Positions 1-12,821 of a stretch of DNA of 64,000 nt are shown piece by piece; the stretch's first letter is position 1, and every line of letters starts with the position of its first letter. The DNA is taken from NCBI GenBank assembly GCA_951406725.2, contig OX597814.1, forward strand, positions 37,324,001 through 37,388,000, in the 5' to 3' direction. The notes below the pieces were generated by a model. It saw only the letters and a list, made by a program, of their open reading frames with translations, ran no database searches and had not been told where the DNA came from. Position numbers and translations under genes: made by a program. This DNA is from Octopus vulgaris (taxonomy: Eukaryota).

Positions 1-38
<38 letters not shown>

Positions 39-275
39 CAATAATAATAATGATGCTGATCAAGAAGAAGAAGATGAGGAAGAAGAAGAAGAAGAAGAAG
101 AAGAAGAAGAAGAAGAAGATGAAGAAAAAGAAGAAGAAGTTGAAGAAGAAGAAGAAGAAGAAGTTGAAGAAGAAGAAGAAGAAGTTGAAGAAGAAGAAGA
201 AGAAGAAGAAGAAGAAGAAGAAGAAGAAGAAGAAGAAGAAGAAGAAGAAGAAGAAGAAGAAGAAGAAGAAGAAGA
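1..275. repeat. Compound microsatellite (ACT)n-(AAT)n-(GAA)n
   Basis: Directly visible; it produces the poly-K/L/S ORFs. Confidence 0.97.
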
Positions 276-433
276 AATTTGTGGGATGCTTTTAAGGCAA
301 CTGTTGCGTGGACCATAATAGCTTTGAAACAATCTATACCTTTAATAAAATTAGTGAAAATAAAGCAGGGTGAAATGAAGTTAAAAAATTAGGATACTCC
401 AAGTGCAAATTTTTGCCTCAAAATTAATAATCA

Positions 434-645
434 TTTCTTTACTACCCACAAGGGGCTAAACACAGAAGGGACAGACAGACGGATTAAGTCGATTATATCG
501 ACTCCAGTGCGTAACTGGTACTTAATTTATCGAACCCGAAAGGATGAAAGGCAAAGTCAACTTCGGCGGAAATTTAACTCACAACGTAACGGCAGACGAA
601 ATACCGCTCGGCATTTCGCCCGACGTGCTAACGATTCTGCCAGCT
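434..645 (-). mobile_element. tRNA-derived SINE (octopus-type, Meta-domain-like core)
   Basis: Minus strand reads AGCTGGCAGAATCGTTAGCACG (A-box-like), GAGTTAAATTTCCGCC (B-box-like), core GCCTTTCATCCTTTCGGGTTCGATAAATTAAGTACCAG and tail TTAGCCCCTTGTGGGTAGTAAAGAAA. Homologous copies at 25501, 26619, 52388 and 55456. Confidence 0.9.
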
Positions 646-1244
646 AGAGTTTCCTTACCAAAATCGAAAGGAAAATAATTCTCGGTGAGTGCAGAATACA
701 AGGTCTTTGCTGTGATTTATGGTTTCAGACGCAATATGGTGATAGTGAAGAAAACAACAAAAATATCGGAAGTATAGATAAAATACGATTCTTATAGTAG
801 GAGCACAATACATGAGAAAGATTCCGAAACGTGTCTGTTTTCTTTCACTATCATGGAATTACCATTATGCATTACTGTAAATGCATCCTAAACAAGCTCT
901 TTGAGGTCAGATTCAAAGTGACAATAACCATTAATATCGGAATTTTCTACTGATCCAAATAGAAAAACAAAATAATATTGTTTTTTCAGAGTTTCTGTGC
1001 TGTGTCGCGTGTAAGGTGGATGTTATTTGAGGTGGAATTACGGGGAATCACAAAACGGTTGCTTCTCTGACAGAGATTTAATTTTTGGTTACAAAGCACC
1101 AAGTCATTGAAGTTAAGGATAAACGACGAGATAAAAATATGATACTAATGATGATCATAGTAACAATAACAACAACAATCACAAACACAGCCTCAACCAC
1201 CACTACAACAACAGCAACAACAACGAAAGCATTGTCTCTTATCG

Positions 1245-1817
1245 ACAGGTCAGAATGTCAGCGGTGGTTCTAAACAACTGAATGATTATGAAAGCTAGTG
1301 GGCTACAGCAAATATTCGGCTCAATACCACAGATTTCCATGTCAGTGGTTTGACCATAACCAGTTGAGAATGTCGCTCAGTGGCTGACGATATGTGCATC
1401 CCTGATTAACAACAGAAGTAGTGGGGGATAATCATAGCCATGTGTTAAAAGGAATTCTTTGAGGTTTGGATAATTCACGCCTGGAAACGTAACTCTTTCG
1501 CTTAGCATCCTTAAACAACCCTTATTCAGGGACCTTTTGAGCATGATAGGCTGCTCGACGTGACAAACATTCTAACTGGGCCACACCAGCAAGGTCATGC
1601 GCTGTATATGTTCATATGAGAGCACCATGTGGGACACATATGTTTGTGATGCATGTGTCTGGTGTACCCTTATCAGACGAGTAGTCATGGTGATTATACT
1701 GGGCGTACATTATTTTACCCCAGTATCATTGAATGGCATGCTCTGCTCGCTTACTCAATAATAATAATAATATCTTACCCCAGTATCACTTTGATTGCAT
1801 GCACTGCTCTCTCACTC

Positions 1818-1820
<3 letters not shown>
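1245..1820 (+). mobile_element. Non-autonomous retroposon with (AAT)n tail and duplicated 3' end
   Basis: GC-richer block ending CACTGCTCTCTCACTC followed by (AAT)n. The last ~45 nt (TTACCCCAGTATCA...ACTCAATAATAAT) occur twice, at about 1715 and 1775. Confidence 0.6.
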
Positions 1821-1900
<80 letters not shown>

Positions 1901-1950
1901 TAATAATAATAATAATAATAATAGTAATTATAATTATAATAATAATAATA
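1818..1950. repeat. (AAT)n microsatellite
   Basis: Directly visible. Confidence 0.97.
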
Positions 1951-3587
1951 ACGGCAACAACAACGACAAAAATAATACAGTGTATCTCTCGGCCATAGTT
2001 CTGAGGAAAACACTCGGCAAGTAATGGAAGCAGGATTGAAGGAATATGATGAAGAAAATAATGATAATAATAATAAATACCAAGCAAGATTCGAATGTGA
2101 GATAAGAAATTTTTGAATTAGTGCGTTGTCTATGTTTGAAAATCTCTTCCCATGGCAGACTGCAACGAACCAAAATACAAAGAAAAATTAGGTTAATTAT
2201 AGATTACTCTTTAATTATAGATAATTATAGATTAGCCCTTAATTTAAAGTTAAGAGCAAACTAAGATCGAAAGCATCAATTTGGTTGCTGCACTTGGAAT
2301 ATGTTATGATAATCTGTTGTTGATAATAAATTAAAACAATAAAATTGAAGTAAATAATTGAATTTATTGGAACATAATATTTATGAGAGTTGTATGAGGA
2401 TTGTACCTCATGTGTCTACAATATTGTTATAAAATGCCCATTTACTTCTATGAAATTATCCAATAAACGGCAATGAAATTCTAATCCAAATAAGAGTGAA
2501 ATACAAATGATACAAACAGCTGCTTGCCACATTCAAACAAGCCAATTAATTTCAGACAACGGTGATGCGAAAAACAAGTCTGCTAAAATAATACTTATAA
2601 TCCAAATATATGAATATAGAGATAATACCTAATTATTATATCCCAAGATTCAGATGGCTATGAGCTCTGTAGTAAACTGAAGAGCAATTTCCATAGAAAT
2701 TTGAGCTTCATGAATATAAAAAAAAATGTAGAAAAAAAGACGGAAAGAAAACTACAGACATTTCCTGGAAAATAGTCGAATACATATCCGCAATCACTGG
2801 TTGTAATGAAACTTTCCTTTAGGAAAATCCAAGAATGAACTATTTATAAAGTGCAACACAGGAAGAACTGCTAATGTATGTTGTAGACTATAGTTAACTC
2901 TGCCTCATTTATGAGTTGTACTCCCTAAAGAATAATTTACTCCCTAAAGAATAATAGCTGGTAAAAATTAAATTCTACACAAGACCAAGTCGAAGAGTAA
3001 TGCTCTTGTTTGGTGATTATGCAACAAAATCCACGAGTAATAAGATTACCATAAACGCATAAAATATATGTATAGACATTTTAGTAAATTCGATTAATTA
3101 ATAGGATTGTATATTATTCAATGAATAACATTAGAAACCGACTTCGCGATTTCTGGATTCAAACATAGGTATTGGGTGCAGTATAGCGGTAACATAATGG
3201 AATGTTATATTAATGTCAAATTACAAAACGAAAATAAATTGTAATTAGCCAAAACGAAGGCAAGCATAAAACGACGTATTGGAAATATTAAAGAATATAC
3301 TTGAAAAGCAATAAATTTTGGATAAGACTTAAAAGTTCGCGACAATTGATTCTATATTTTCATAAGAGGAGTAAACCCCAAACTTTTATCTTGCACATAA
3401 TTTTCATTATTTGAAAATCCTCTTGGATTTATCAAAAAGTAATTCTTTAGAAAATTGATAGAAACATTTAACCGTCTCTTAATTATTTTCGTAACGGTAT
3501 GCACACAAAATTTTAAACACACAATACGCACAAAAATAGAAAATAATAATTACGTAACCTTGAGTAAAACTATAATAACTCCTACTT

Positions 3588-4136
3588 ATTTCCTGTCTAA
3601 AGGATTAAGCAAAATACTTTTTGCAGAATATTTCACGGGAATACCTACAAAAGGAATGCTGAGCGTCATTGATTTCAAAAGGAGCTATAATATGGCCATT
3701 GTAAAATTTTAAACAATATTTGCAATAGGATTTATGAAATATATTTTAAATATCTTAAAATACATTAATATTTTGGTAATTGTTATAATATTTTAACATT
3801 TCATCTCCCTCTCTCTTTCATTTTGCATAAGCATACAGGCATACAAGCACACACACATATATTATATATTATGTTATATATATATACATATATATATGTG
3901 TGTGTGTGTGTATATACATGTATAAATATATATATATAGAGAGAGGGAGATGAAATGCTAAAATATGATAACAATTACCAAAATATTAATGTATTTTAAG
4001 ATATTTAAAATATATTTCATAAATCTTATTGCAAATATTGTTTAAAATTTTACAATGACGCTCAGCAATCCTTTTGTAGGTATTCTCCTGAAATATTCTG
4101 CAAAAAGTCTTTTGTGTAATCCTTTACACAGGAAAT
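3588..4136. repeat. Inverted repeat, arms 3588-3816 and 3938-4136
   Basis: Arms are near reverse complements. The right arm lacks 30 bp lying between two CATTG copies. The spacer holds (TA)/(TG) tracts. Confidence 0.92.
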
Positions 4137-4277
4137 TTTTCGTCTGTTTCTTCCACGTTGTTATACATTAATGAAGAGGAATATTTTCCTTCGGCCTACC
4201 CGAATGAATCCAATGAACATACAATGAAAATGAAAACTTTACGAAGTTAGCAAACAATGGGCATGCTGGCACATATC

Positions 4278-4370
<93 letters not shown>

Positions 4371-4499
4371 AACCACGCCTGCGCCTATATGTGGTAAATA
4401 TATATAATTCATAGGTTGTTTGAGTATGTAAGTCATATTATTATTACTTTTATCAGTGTTTGTAAATTAAGGTTATTTGAAAACTATTCTACATTTACT

Positions 4500-4720
4500 C
4501 TTGCTGACATATTTACTGTACAATGAGGTATCAATCTAACTAAAATTTCTCAGCGTGTAGAATAGTTGTTGACATTAACAGTTTAAAAATTTTTAGAAGT
4601 CAGAAAATCTCCGAAGCAAGCACAAAGTAACAAAGAATAGAAAGAGATTGAAGAAGAAAGGAAAAAAAATCTTAACTCAGCAATGTTATTTTGTTGCCTG
4701 TTCCAACATTTTTACCTATT
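4500..4720 (-). pseudogene. Polycystin channel S3-S4-like segment
   Basis: SLSILCYFVLASEIF*LLKIFKLL, then after a frameshift QLFYTLRNFS; resembles the polycystin S4 and S4-S5 linker (PKD2 VFFVWIKLFKFI...QLSTTMSR). Confidence 0.5.
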
Positions 4721-5529
4721 TGACGAACATTTAATTTTCATGGGCTGTCAACAAGACTGGCTTTATTTAGTGAAGTATATATAAATATATTGCCAATCAC
4801 TTCTGTCACTTCTCGTGTCTATGTGTATGCCTGTGCATATGCTTTAGGAGTATATGTGTTTGCCCTATTTTTGTTATATGTAAGATGTTATGCGTTGTCA
4901 TTTGTTTACTCCATTTCTTTTATGCGTACTCGGCTTTTTTGCGATAGAATGTAAGTTTTGATTTTGTAGCACTTTTTTTATTTACCTACGTTTGCACACA
5001 AATTGTGTCCTTTTAACATCAATCACGTTTTTGCAGTTTCATTGATTATTTCTAATGACTTTTCTAATTAATGTAGTCAGATTATAAAGTTTCGTCTATA
5101 TTATGAATCCTTTCTAGGGTTCTTTTCTTTTTTTATTATTGTATTTAATAGACACATATCATCCAAAGTTATTTTAATACAAATATTTATATGTATATTT
5201 CTTCGTATTGAAGTTTGGGTTTTGATTAGAAGAGATTCAACTTTTATTGATTTAAACCATTCTCATTAGCTTTCTGGTAATGTTGTCTAAACGATGTTTA
5301 ATGCGCATATCTACAATTTGCTTCTGATTCTACAAAAACACTTTGGCACAGTATCACTTGCAATGTACTATTTTGCGTACACTTGTATCCAGTATATTAC
5401 ACTTTATTTAAATTCTACATTATATTTCATGGCTGTTTATGTTTTCTGGGGAAATATATGCAGAGATGTATATATATATATATGCATACATATGTGTATA
5501 CAGACAGATACACACATATATATGAGACT

Positions 5530-5990
5530 GTAGTGATAAGGAAACCAAGTGACCATAGTAAAACAACAACAAATCATCCAACAATTTCGATGGTTTTAGT
5601 AAGTGTGACAGCGACAGAAACACCATCACTGACACCTACGACCCTATCACTAGTAGTAGCTGGAGATGACGACCACTCTGATACCAGCTACTGGCCCCTC
5701 GCCCAATATTACGAGAGACGGTACCCAAATCACCATCGGAGACAGTAGCGCCAATTTCACAGCAACACCGGGGGCAAAAACAACAGCTCCAGGTCTGTTG
5801 CCAATGGAAGATGCATCAGTAATGTGAGCTCAACCCACACCCAACTTTGAAAATATATCAGATCAACCGGGATGGCCTTGAAACGGTACCTGTAAAACCA
5901 CAGGTCCGTACTCAGGACTCTGGAAAGACGATTCGTCACATCCAATACGATATCGTGACCAATTCTAGGTTTTGTCACTAACTCAGTTTT
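5530..5990 (+). mobile_element. Possible LTR-retrotransposon pol C-terminal remnant
   Basis: GC-richer, T/P/S-rich coding-like block ending in SGKTIR / PIRYRD, similar to the RSGR..R.P.RY tail often found after integrases. Confidence 0.3.
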
Positions 5991-6001
5991 TAACCATGTT
6001 A

Positions 6002-6740
6002 GATGATGTTCATCTTTTTAGGTTGGTCCCATTCTAAGCTACATTTTCAGGTACAAAATTTGAAAATTACTTTGAGAGTAAAAACGTTTCAGCAAAATAC
6101 CTGCGGTCAAAAATGGGAGATTAACGCCTGAAATCGATTTTGAGTCCAAATTTTATTTTTCTGTAAAGAAATCTATATTTTATTTTAGCTTATGTGATAG
6201 ATCTCGACGAAAGGATTATAACCATGCTACTTATATACGGAAATATTCAGTAGGAAAAAGTACTGAGGTTAAAATGTGTAACAAAAAACAAAATGGCGCC
6301 TGAAGTAGATTATTTATTGGCAATAATATTCTTGTTTAAAAAGAAAAATATATTTAAATTCAACACTAAAGGAATACAATGATCCCAATTATATCAAATC
6401 ATATTTTAAAATGAAATGACCCACTGGGGTAATGCCTAAAATCAAATTCAAAACCTAAATTATGTTTTTAACCTCATATCATAGAACTCATCACGATGAA
6501 TGTCATGGTACTAATCTTTACAAAAAATACCATTCACATACTAATGTGTGTGAATAATATTCTTTAAGTCAACATTTACTCACTTACAACCACTTCTACA
6601 CTTTGTCACTATCTTCGTTTGTAATGAAATTAGATGATGTCCATATTTGTAGATTTGGTAAGCTATAAGCTACACTTCAGTCAAATATGTAATGTCACAT
6701 ACAGGGATTAACGCCTCAAATCGACTGAAATACAGACTTA
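6002..6740. repeat. Degenerate ~300-bp-unit internal repeats (likely old DNA transposon)
   Basis: GATGATGT.CAT.TT..TAG at 6002 and 6634; GG.ATTAACGCCT.AAATCGA-like motif at ~6116, ~6427 and ~6704. Confidence 0.45.
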
Positions 6741-6970
6741 AATAATTTTGATTTAATAATTTCTTTTCTTTAAGTAATAAAATTACTGGCGCTATACATG
6801 AAAATAGTTTCTGAATATAAGCCCATAGGCTTAAAATCGGATGGTCTTACTTTTGTAACATAAAAATCAAGTAATTTTTTAATAATTTTAGTTTAATAAA
6901 ATATAGTAAATTTTAAAATGTTATTCTCCATTGCTATATTTTAAGTACTGTAGAATTTAATTTTAAATAC

Positions 6971-7086
6971 CTTTTAGTGTCCTTGAGAGGTGACGAATTA
7001 GGTAAATACTACTGTAGGTGTCTTGTTCTGTACTTTTCCAGGTGTAATAACTTAAGAATATGAACATGCATGCGACCGCACTTTTC
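6971..7086 (-). pseudogene. Polycystin-like exon (S1 transmembrane segment)
   Basis: aag|G...AAAG|gtattt, 116 nt, open frame KSAVACMFIFLSYYTWKSTEQDTYSSIYLIRHLSRTLK. Confidence 0.5.
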
Positions 7087-7090
7087 CTTG

Positions 7091-7122
<32 letters not shown>

Positions 7123-7131
<9 letters not shown>

Positions 7132-7417
7132 ATAAAGGATCGTTGGTGAGGCCAGAACAATGCAAAGTAAATGCTAGGTAAATCCCAAGAAAACAAATAT
7201 ATAGATTAATGTGTGTGAGTGTCTGTGGTGATGACATGTCCACTCCACACACATGAGCATCGCCAACATTCTTCAGTTTCTTGAAAATGGGGTCCTAACC
7301 CCGAAATATTGAATGTAAGGTAAGTCTACATTAATTCATATATTTGTTTTCTTGGGTTTATTCTTGCATTTACTTTGAATTGTTTTGGCCTTGCCCACAA
7401 TCCTTTATACAATATAT
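7123..7417. mobile_element. Inverted repeat (7123-7212 / 7328-7417) around a hammerhead-like motif; probable PLE remnant
   Basis: The mirrored ORFs MFSWDLPSIYFALFWP (-) and MFSWVYSCIYFELFWP (+) show the inversion. The spacer contains TTGAAAA-T-GGGG-tcctaa-CCCC-GAAA-TATTGAATG-TA. Confidence 0.6.
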
Positions 7418-7460
7418 TCCACACAATGCTTCATATTCTATTATAACACACACACACACG

Positions 7461-7555
<95 letters not shown>

Positions 7556-8205
7556 ATGTGTGTGTGTGTGTGTGTGTACTGATATAGATAACTGGATAGA
7601 TAGAAAGATAGATACAGGCATGCACACATACATACATAGTCACGTAGACAAACCAGAGGTATATATTGAATAAGAGAATTATGTAACATCGGAGTGGACG
7701 CATACACACGAATTATGAGAAACATTTAAGTCGCAAAATACTGAAGTGAATATGAAATTAGAAAAGTGTATTACAAGAAACTACATAACTATTATCTTAT
7801 TTCACGGTATATGTTGTCTGCCTCTTCTGCAATACACGTCTCTAATTCCTTATCCATTTCATCTTTTTTTGAGTTAAGCTTCCCGTAATTCCTAATCATG
7901 CACTTTTCATTTGTGTATAATACTCGCAGTCAATAGACTTTACCTGATAGTACTTTTCAGTTTTATTTAATTTACTTCCCAAGGCGGCTTTGTACAATAT
8001 TTTACTCAATTTTTGTTACTTGGTTAAAACTCTGAACAATCTTGTCTTTATATAACGCGTCTCTACAAATGAGAATTTTTCTATTTTGACAATAGAATTC
8101 TAGAGCAGTTTTCCTTATTACACGTGTTACTATTCTCAGAGCTAGGGAAAAAATATTGATATGTTAATATTTCACTCTGAGGTATTTTTCCTATGTGCGT
8201 AATAC

Positions 8206-8321
8206 CGTTGGCTACTGGTTACCAATAGCAAAGTAATTGTCGTCTGTATTTCCAGTGACCAGTCAAGGAGGAAATGGTAACACCTATCATTCTGCTTCCT
8301 TTGATGTAGCCTCCACCCCTG
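8206..8321 (-). pseudogene. Polycystin-like exon (TM5 region)
   Basis: Pyrimidine-rich acceptor tttcatcccttccaactag, donor gtatta; open frame QGWRLHQRKQNDRCYHFLLDWSLEIQTTITLLLVTSSQ. Confidence 0.4.
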
Positions 8322-9125
8322 CTAGTTGGAAGGGATGAAATTTCTCAAACGAGAGGCATGGTCCTAATATTTAACAGAAGATATACAAAATGCGCTAAAG
8401 TAAGACAGGCACAAAGAAGTGATGTTAGAGAGAAGAGTATATTATCACTCACCCGAAAAAGGAAACAAACAGCGAAGACAAAGTTGTAAGTCATATTCCG
8501 TCTAACCAGATATTAGTCTTATTCTCTTTATTCCACGGGTAACACTTTTGCGAACTTCCTGTTGCGCAAGTATTCCAAAAACATATTTCTTCAGTTTATT
8601 TTTTTGATTAAAATAAACAGTAATTGTCGAGTTCGTGATTGAGACAATGAATTATGGAGTGGTATCGGTTGCAAAGTATGTGCTTCAGATCTCAATATAT
8701 ATTATTTGTTGGCAAATATATAGAATGTATCTTGTGTGACCTGGTGGAATGCAGCATCGGCATTCGATTCGCCAAGCTTTAAAATATAGATTCTGTTTAC
8801 CAGATGTTTTTCCCTTTTATTTTAAATGTATAGTCACACATACATAAGAGATTTTATCTCTCTACAAATGACGATATTTTAATGATTATTCACTATACCA
8901 GTCATCGGTTTATATTAATATTTTTAATCCACACATTTTAAATTTGATACTCTTCGTACATATAATACATATGTGTAAATCCATACATACATACATGCAT
9001 ACATACATACATACATACATGCATGTATATTTATATATATTCTTTCCTTCTTTGAGCGTCTACTAATACTTTACATGTACCACATCCTCGCGTTGTACTT
9101 TTGTTTGTGTTCTGTCTTAGATTTC

Positions 9126-9177
<52 letters not shown>

Positions 9178-10327
9178 ATGTGGGAGATATATGTGCATGT
9201 ATATATATATACAACCTATTTCTTCGTAGACTGAATTGAATAATGAACAGACTTAATCGATTTACGAACCTCATTGGGTTCAAATCTGAGGTCTCTGAAT
9301 CAATTTGGCCAATCTCAGAGCAACAAGCAGCCAATTTGTTTTTATACTTATGAAGTTCAATAGCAACTAATTTGCATACTGTAAGTGTTTAACACTATTT
9401 AATACCAGTGGCCTTTCAGCGGAATATAAATACCTTTATGTGTGTGTGTGTTTTGAGAGAAAGCGAGAGAGAAAGAGAAGGAGAGAGAGAGAGAGAGGGG
9501 GGTAGAAACGAAAGCAAAAACGTATTACACACCACTGGAATTCTCTTTTTAAATCTATATACGTCATAATAAATATTTGATTTAGCCAGAGGAATAAAAA
9601 ATTAACAACCGTTTAAACATTTACTGCATCTGACGCTCTTTCTATACACACAAGTTAAACACAGTCACGCATACCTAGTGCATGTGTGTATATGTATAAA
9701 CTGTGTATTTGTATGTGCGAGAGTCTGCATATGCAAACGTGTATTTATGCATCTATAAATCTATACATAAATGTTGAATTTTGTGCTTGAAATAAACTAT
9801 GGAAAAAAAGTAGAAGTAAATTAATTTTATACATTGAAACACTTTCATACACATTATGACGGATACAGCTGACTAAAAGCGTACAGTCTTTCATATTTGC
9901 CATTAATAACCTGCTGTTGTGTCAATTGCTACTACGTTTATCTTTTACAGTCTCAGTCCGCCAATAATATCATCACTAAATTCACAGTAAACTTATACCA
10001 CATGAAGATAGCAAGCTGCAAGTGAATCCTATATATGTGAAAAGGAATAAAAAATGATTCGATGGATTTACATTAGATGCTTTTATTGATATAAGTTTCA
10101 CTTATGCGATGGTTCACTTTGCTAGAAATAGTGATCAAATTCCAGTTAATGCAAACACTATCATTATTAAACAGCGAATACCTCAGAACATTTCTCAACA
10201 TACCTAAAAATAGATAAAAACAAATGTGATGATAGTTGGATTAACTCTGATCATATGTTTCTTGGATCGTAGTTGAGCTTCGATTTAAGAAAAGCCACCA
10301 GCATACTTGAAAAGTAACCACAAATAC

Positions 10328-10489
10328 TCAACTTCTTTGGATGGCAAGGAAGATCCATAAGAATTGACTAGACAAAAATAGGTCACTTGCTTCCGTCCCT
10401 TTCTGCAATTTCCGACTCCAACGGTAATTACAACATAATAATTGTAGTTATTTTTATTAAATAACAATTCATTTTCCTGCTTACTAGAC
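10328..10489 (-). pseudogene. PLAT/LH2-like exon
   Basis: tcattag|...|gtattt, 162 nt, open frame SSKQENELLFNKNNYNYYVVITVGVGNCRKGRKQVTYFCLVNSYGSSLPSKEV; resembles the start of the polycystin PLAT domain (Y.Y.I.V.TG...L.G..G.S). Confidence 0.5.
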
Positions 10490-10573
10490 CTAATGATATA
10501 AATACGAAATCTTAAGCTACAGCGTTATTCAGTAATAATACAGTTTCGAGTTTCAAGTATATTTTTGCAATAC

Positions 10574-10889
10574 CTATTGGATATGAGGTAAACGCTGGAA
10601 CAGCATCCAAAACAATTTCATGGATATTGTTGAAGTCATCACCAACGAAATCATCTCAAAATGTATGTTCATCATATAGTAAATATTTATTTTAACTAAT
10701 GTAATCGTTCAACCATATATGTTAAATCATTTCCATCAGTGGATGAACAATGCTATTGATTTAGATTAACCATGAAATAGGTTTGATAAGATTCCTACTT
10801 TTCACGTGCAATGTTAGTGAAGTAAATGGGAAAATGATCATAGGAACATCAGTTGTGATATTGTGATTTTCAGATTCACCGAATAAAAG
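10574..10889 (-). pseudogene. Two exons (10799-10889 GPS C-terminal half; 10574-10695 TM1)
   Basis: Phase-compatible AG/GT exons: LLFGESENHNITT (CSYDHF in an alternate frame) and KINIYYMMNIHFEMISLVMTSTISMKLFWMLFQRLPHIQ*. Confidence 0.45.
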
Positions 10890-11269
10890 CTAATATAAAG
10901 AAATATTTGTAAGCACCTACATTTAAGGTGAAGTGACTAATATCGTAAACGGGTCCCAAATTTGATTTCCTAAAACATAATAAACAATTTTTACTAGCAG
11001 CAAAACCAATAGACCCTAAGATCTATTGAAAGTGATTAAACAAAATTGTTGCAAAAGAATTTGGTCCAAATTTCTTTGCTAATTCGGTTAATAATATTAC
11101 ATAGAGTTAAAAATTTTGGACAAAAATATTTTTATTCAGGTATAAAATTGTGTATAACTATGTATGTAAATATTTGTGCATGTATTTTATTGAATGCAGA
11201 GATTTCTGAGGTATAAAGTTTCTTTATTGGACTGTAATATTCGTTAATGATTCGTATTTTGTTTCTGGT

Positions 11270-11750
11270 GCTATGTTTTCATCCACCCCTCGATACCTGT
11301 AACAATTTCTCATCGGATATAGGTGAAACAGTCTAGTCGTTGATGGATGTGTTGCTAGTCTGCTTTACAGTTTACTCTCTTTTCTCAACCATATAGCAAC
11401 ATTTATCCTGACCAAGCTGCACTCCCTGTATCCTTGGAGAATATTGTAAACGGGTCACGGTAACCAGGTAAAAGAGCCAGGTCAAGGCTAATTTTCATTT
11501 CATGCATTTATTTGCATATGATTTCAAGTCATCCACAAAGAAACAATGTGTAAGTTTTGTATTTGTGTTTCCTTGTGAACCAGTGAGATTTCCTTCAGAC
11601 TTCCTTAACATACTTAACAAGAGGTTCCCAGAAAGTATAAACAACATCACAGAGAGGCTGACCTCTTGGAATATGCCTCTGTGATACTGTATTCTATCAG
11701 CAATAAGACAATCACTTCCTGTGTTCAATTTCAAGATGGTGGCCCACGCT
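11270..11750 (-). mobile_element. R4/Dong-type non-LTR reverse transcriptase fragment
   Basis: RGIFQEVSLSVMLFILS (GIFQGDSLS motif) and THCFFVDDLKSYA (catalytic xxDD). Confidence 0.85.
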
Positions 11751-11922
11751 TAAAGAAACATTATTTTGATTTATTTCATATAATTTCTATTCCATGGTAT
11801 AATGCTCTTACTTCGATCATCACACATTAAAATCATACAGTTTTCTATATGCAGACAAAATTATAAACGAATTATAAACTATGTAGGGGACATCTAACAT
11901 TTATAAAATCACCGCAGATTAC

Positions 11923-12625
11923 CTGGCATGATAATATAATCCAATATAGCAGACCTAACGTGGTTGGTGGAAAAAACGCGTTTGCCAAGTATTCTTTGCT
12001 TAAGTGACATATGAACAATACGACATTGTCAAACGATTAGATATCCAGATAACCAAAAATTGTTCATCTAAATGATACTGACAAGACAATGCCAATGAAA
12101 ATAATTAATATTGTATTCGTGTGGCCTCAAGTCAATCTTTCTTGCTTAAATGTGATTTGATCGTCATTTAAGATATGACTACGCCATATTTTCTGTTTAC
12201 CTAGGACTGTAATTTACGGGTTATACTCATTTCTTCCGGCCAGCAGGATTTCATTTGAGGTAAACACGACAGCTAACTCTATCAGAGGTTCACTTTAAGA
12301 CATAAATCATACGTATAATTGTAACGGAAAATGCTATGTCGCCTATGAATAACATCATTAGGCACACGTATCGTAACGCGTGTGTTAATTCGTTTTATAA
12401 AACTTACTGAAAATGTATCATTTGTACTGCGTAGTTTACTGGGAATATATTCCCCATTCGCTTTGAGTTGCTACCAATGCTTGCAAAGAAATAAAACAAA
12501 ATTCAAAAGGAACATGTTATAAGTTTCGACTGAAAATTAAATGCACCATGCAGAGAGTTACTACAATCAACACAGCTGAGGCACTGGACGAAAACAAAAA
12601 CAGGTGAATAAATTTCTTTCTAGCT

Positions 12626-12662
<37 letters not shown>

Positions 12663-12821
12663 AGATTTCCCAATACTAATACTACAGATTTCCCAATGAA
12701 ATGCTTATTCCTTCTACACGAGTTTTACCTTGGGTCCTATTTTTTCTTAGTCAACAATAGCATTCTGATCAAGCTTGAACTAACTGGCAGCTGGTAACAG
12801 ACTTGAATATTATTCATGAGA
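11923..12821 (-). pseudogene. Cluster of small exons (11923-11998, 12408-12479, 12729-12821), GAIN/GPS region
   Basis: Canonical splice sites (e.g. ttttatttctttgcaag|...|gtaagt). Exon 11923-11998 ends in YWIILSCQ, in phase with the exon starting at 10889. Confidence 0.45.

Noticed and set aside
35-332. Poly-K/L/S ORFs, and all poly-N/I/Y/T/V and YIYI ORFs elsewhere
   Set aside because: Translations of microsatellites with no coding signal.
434-645. tRNA gene (also the other SINE heads)
   Set aside because: Only A/B-box-like heads fused to SINE bodies; no cloverleaf.
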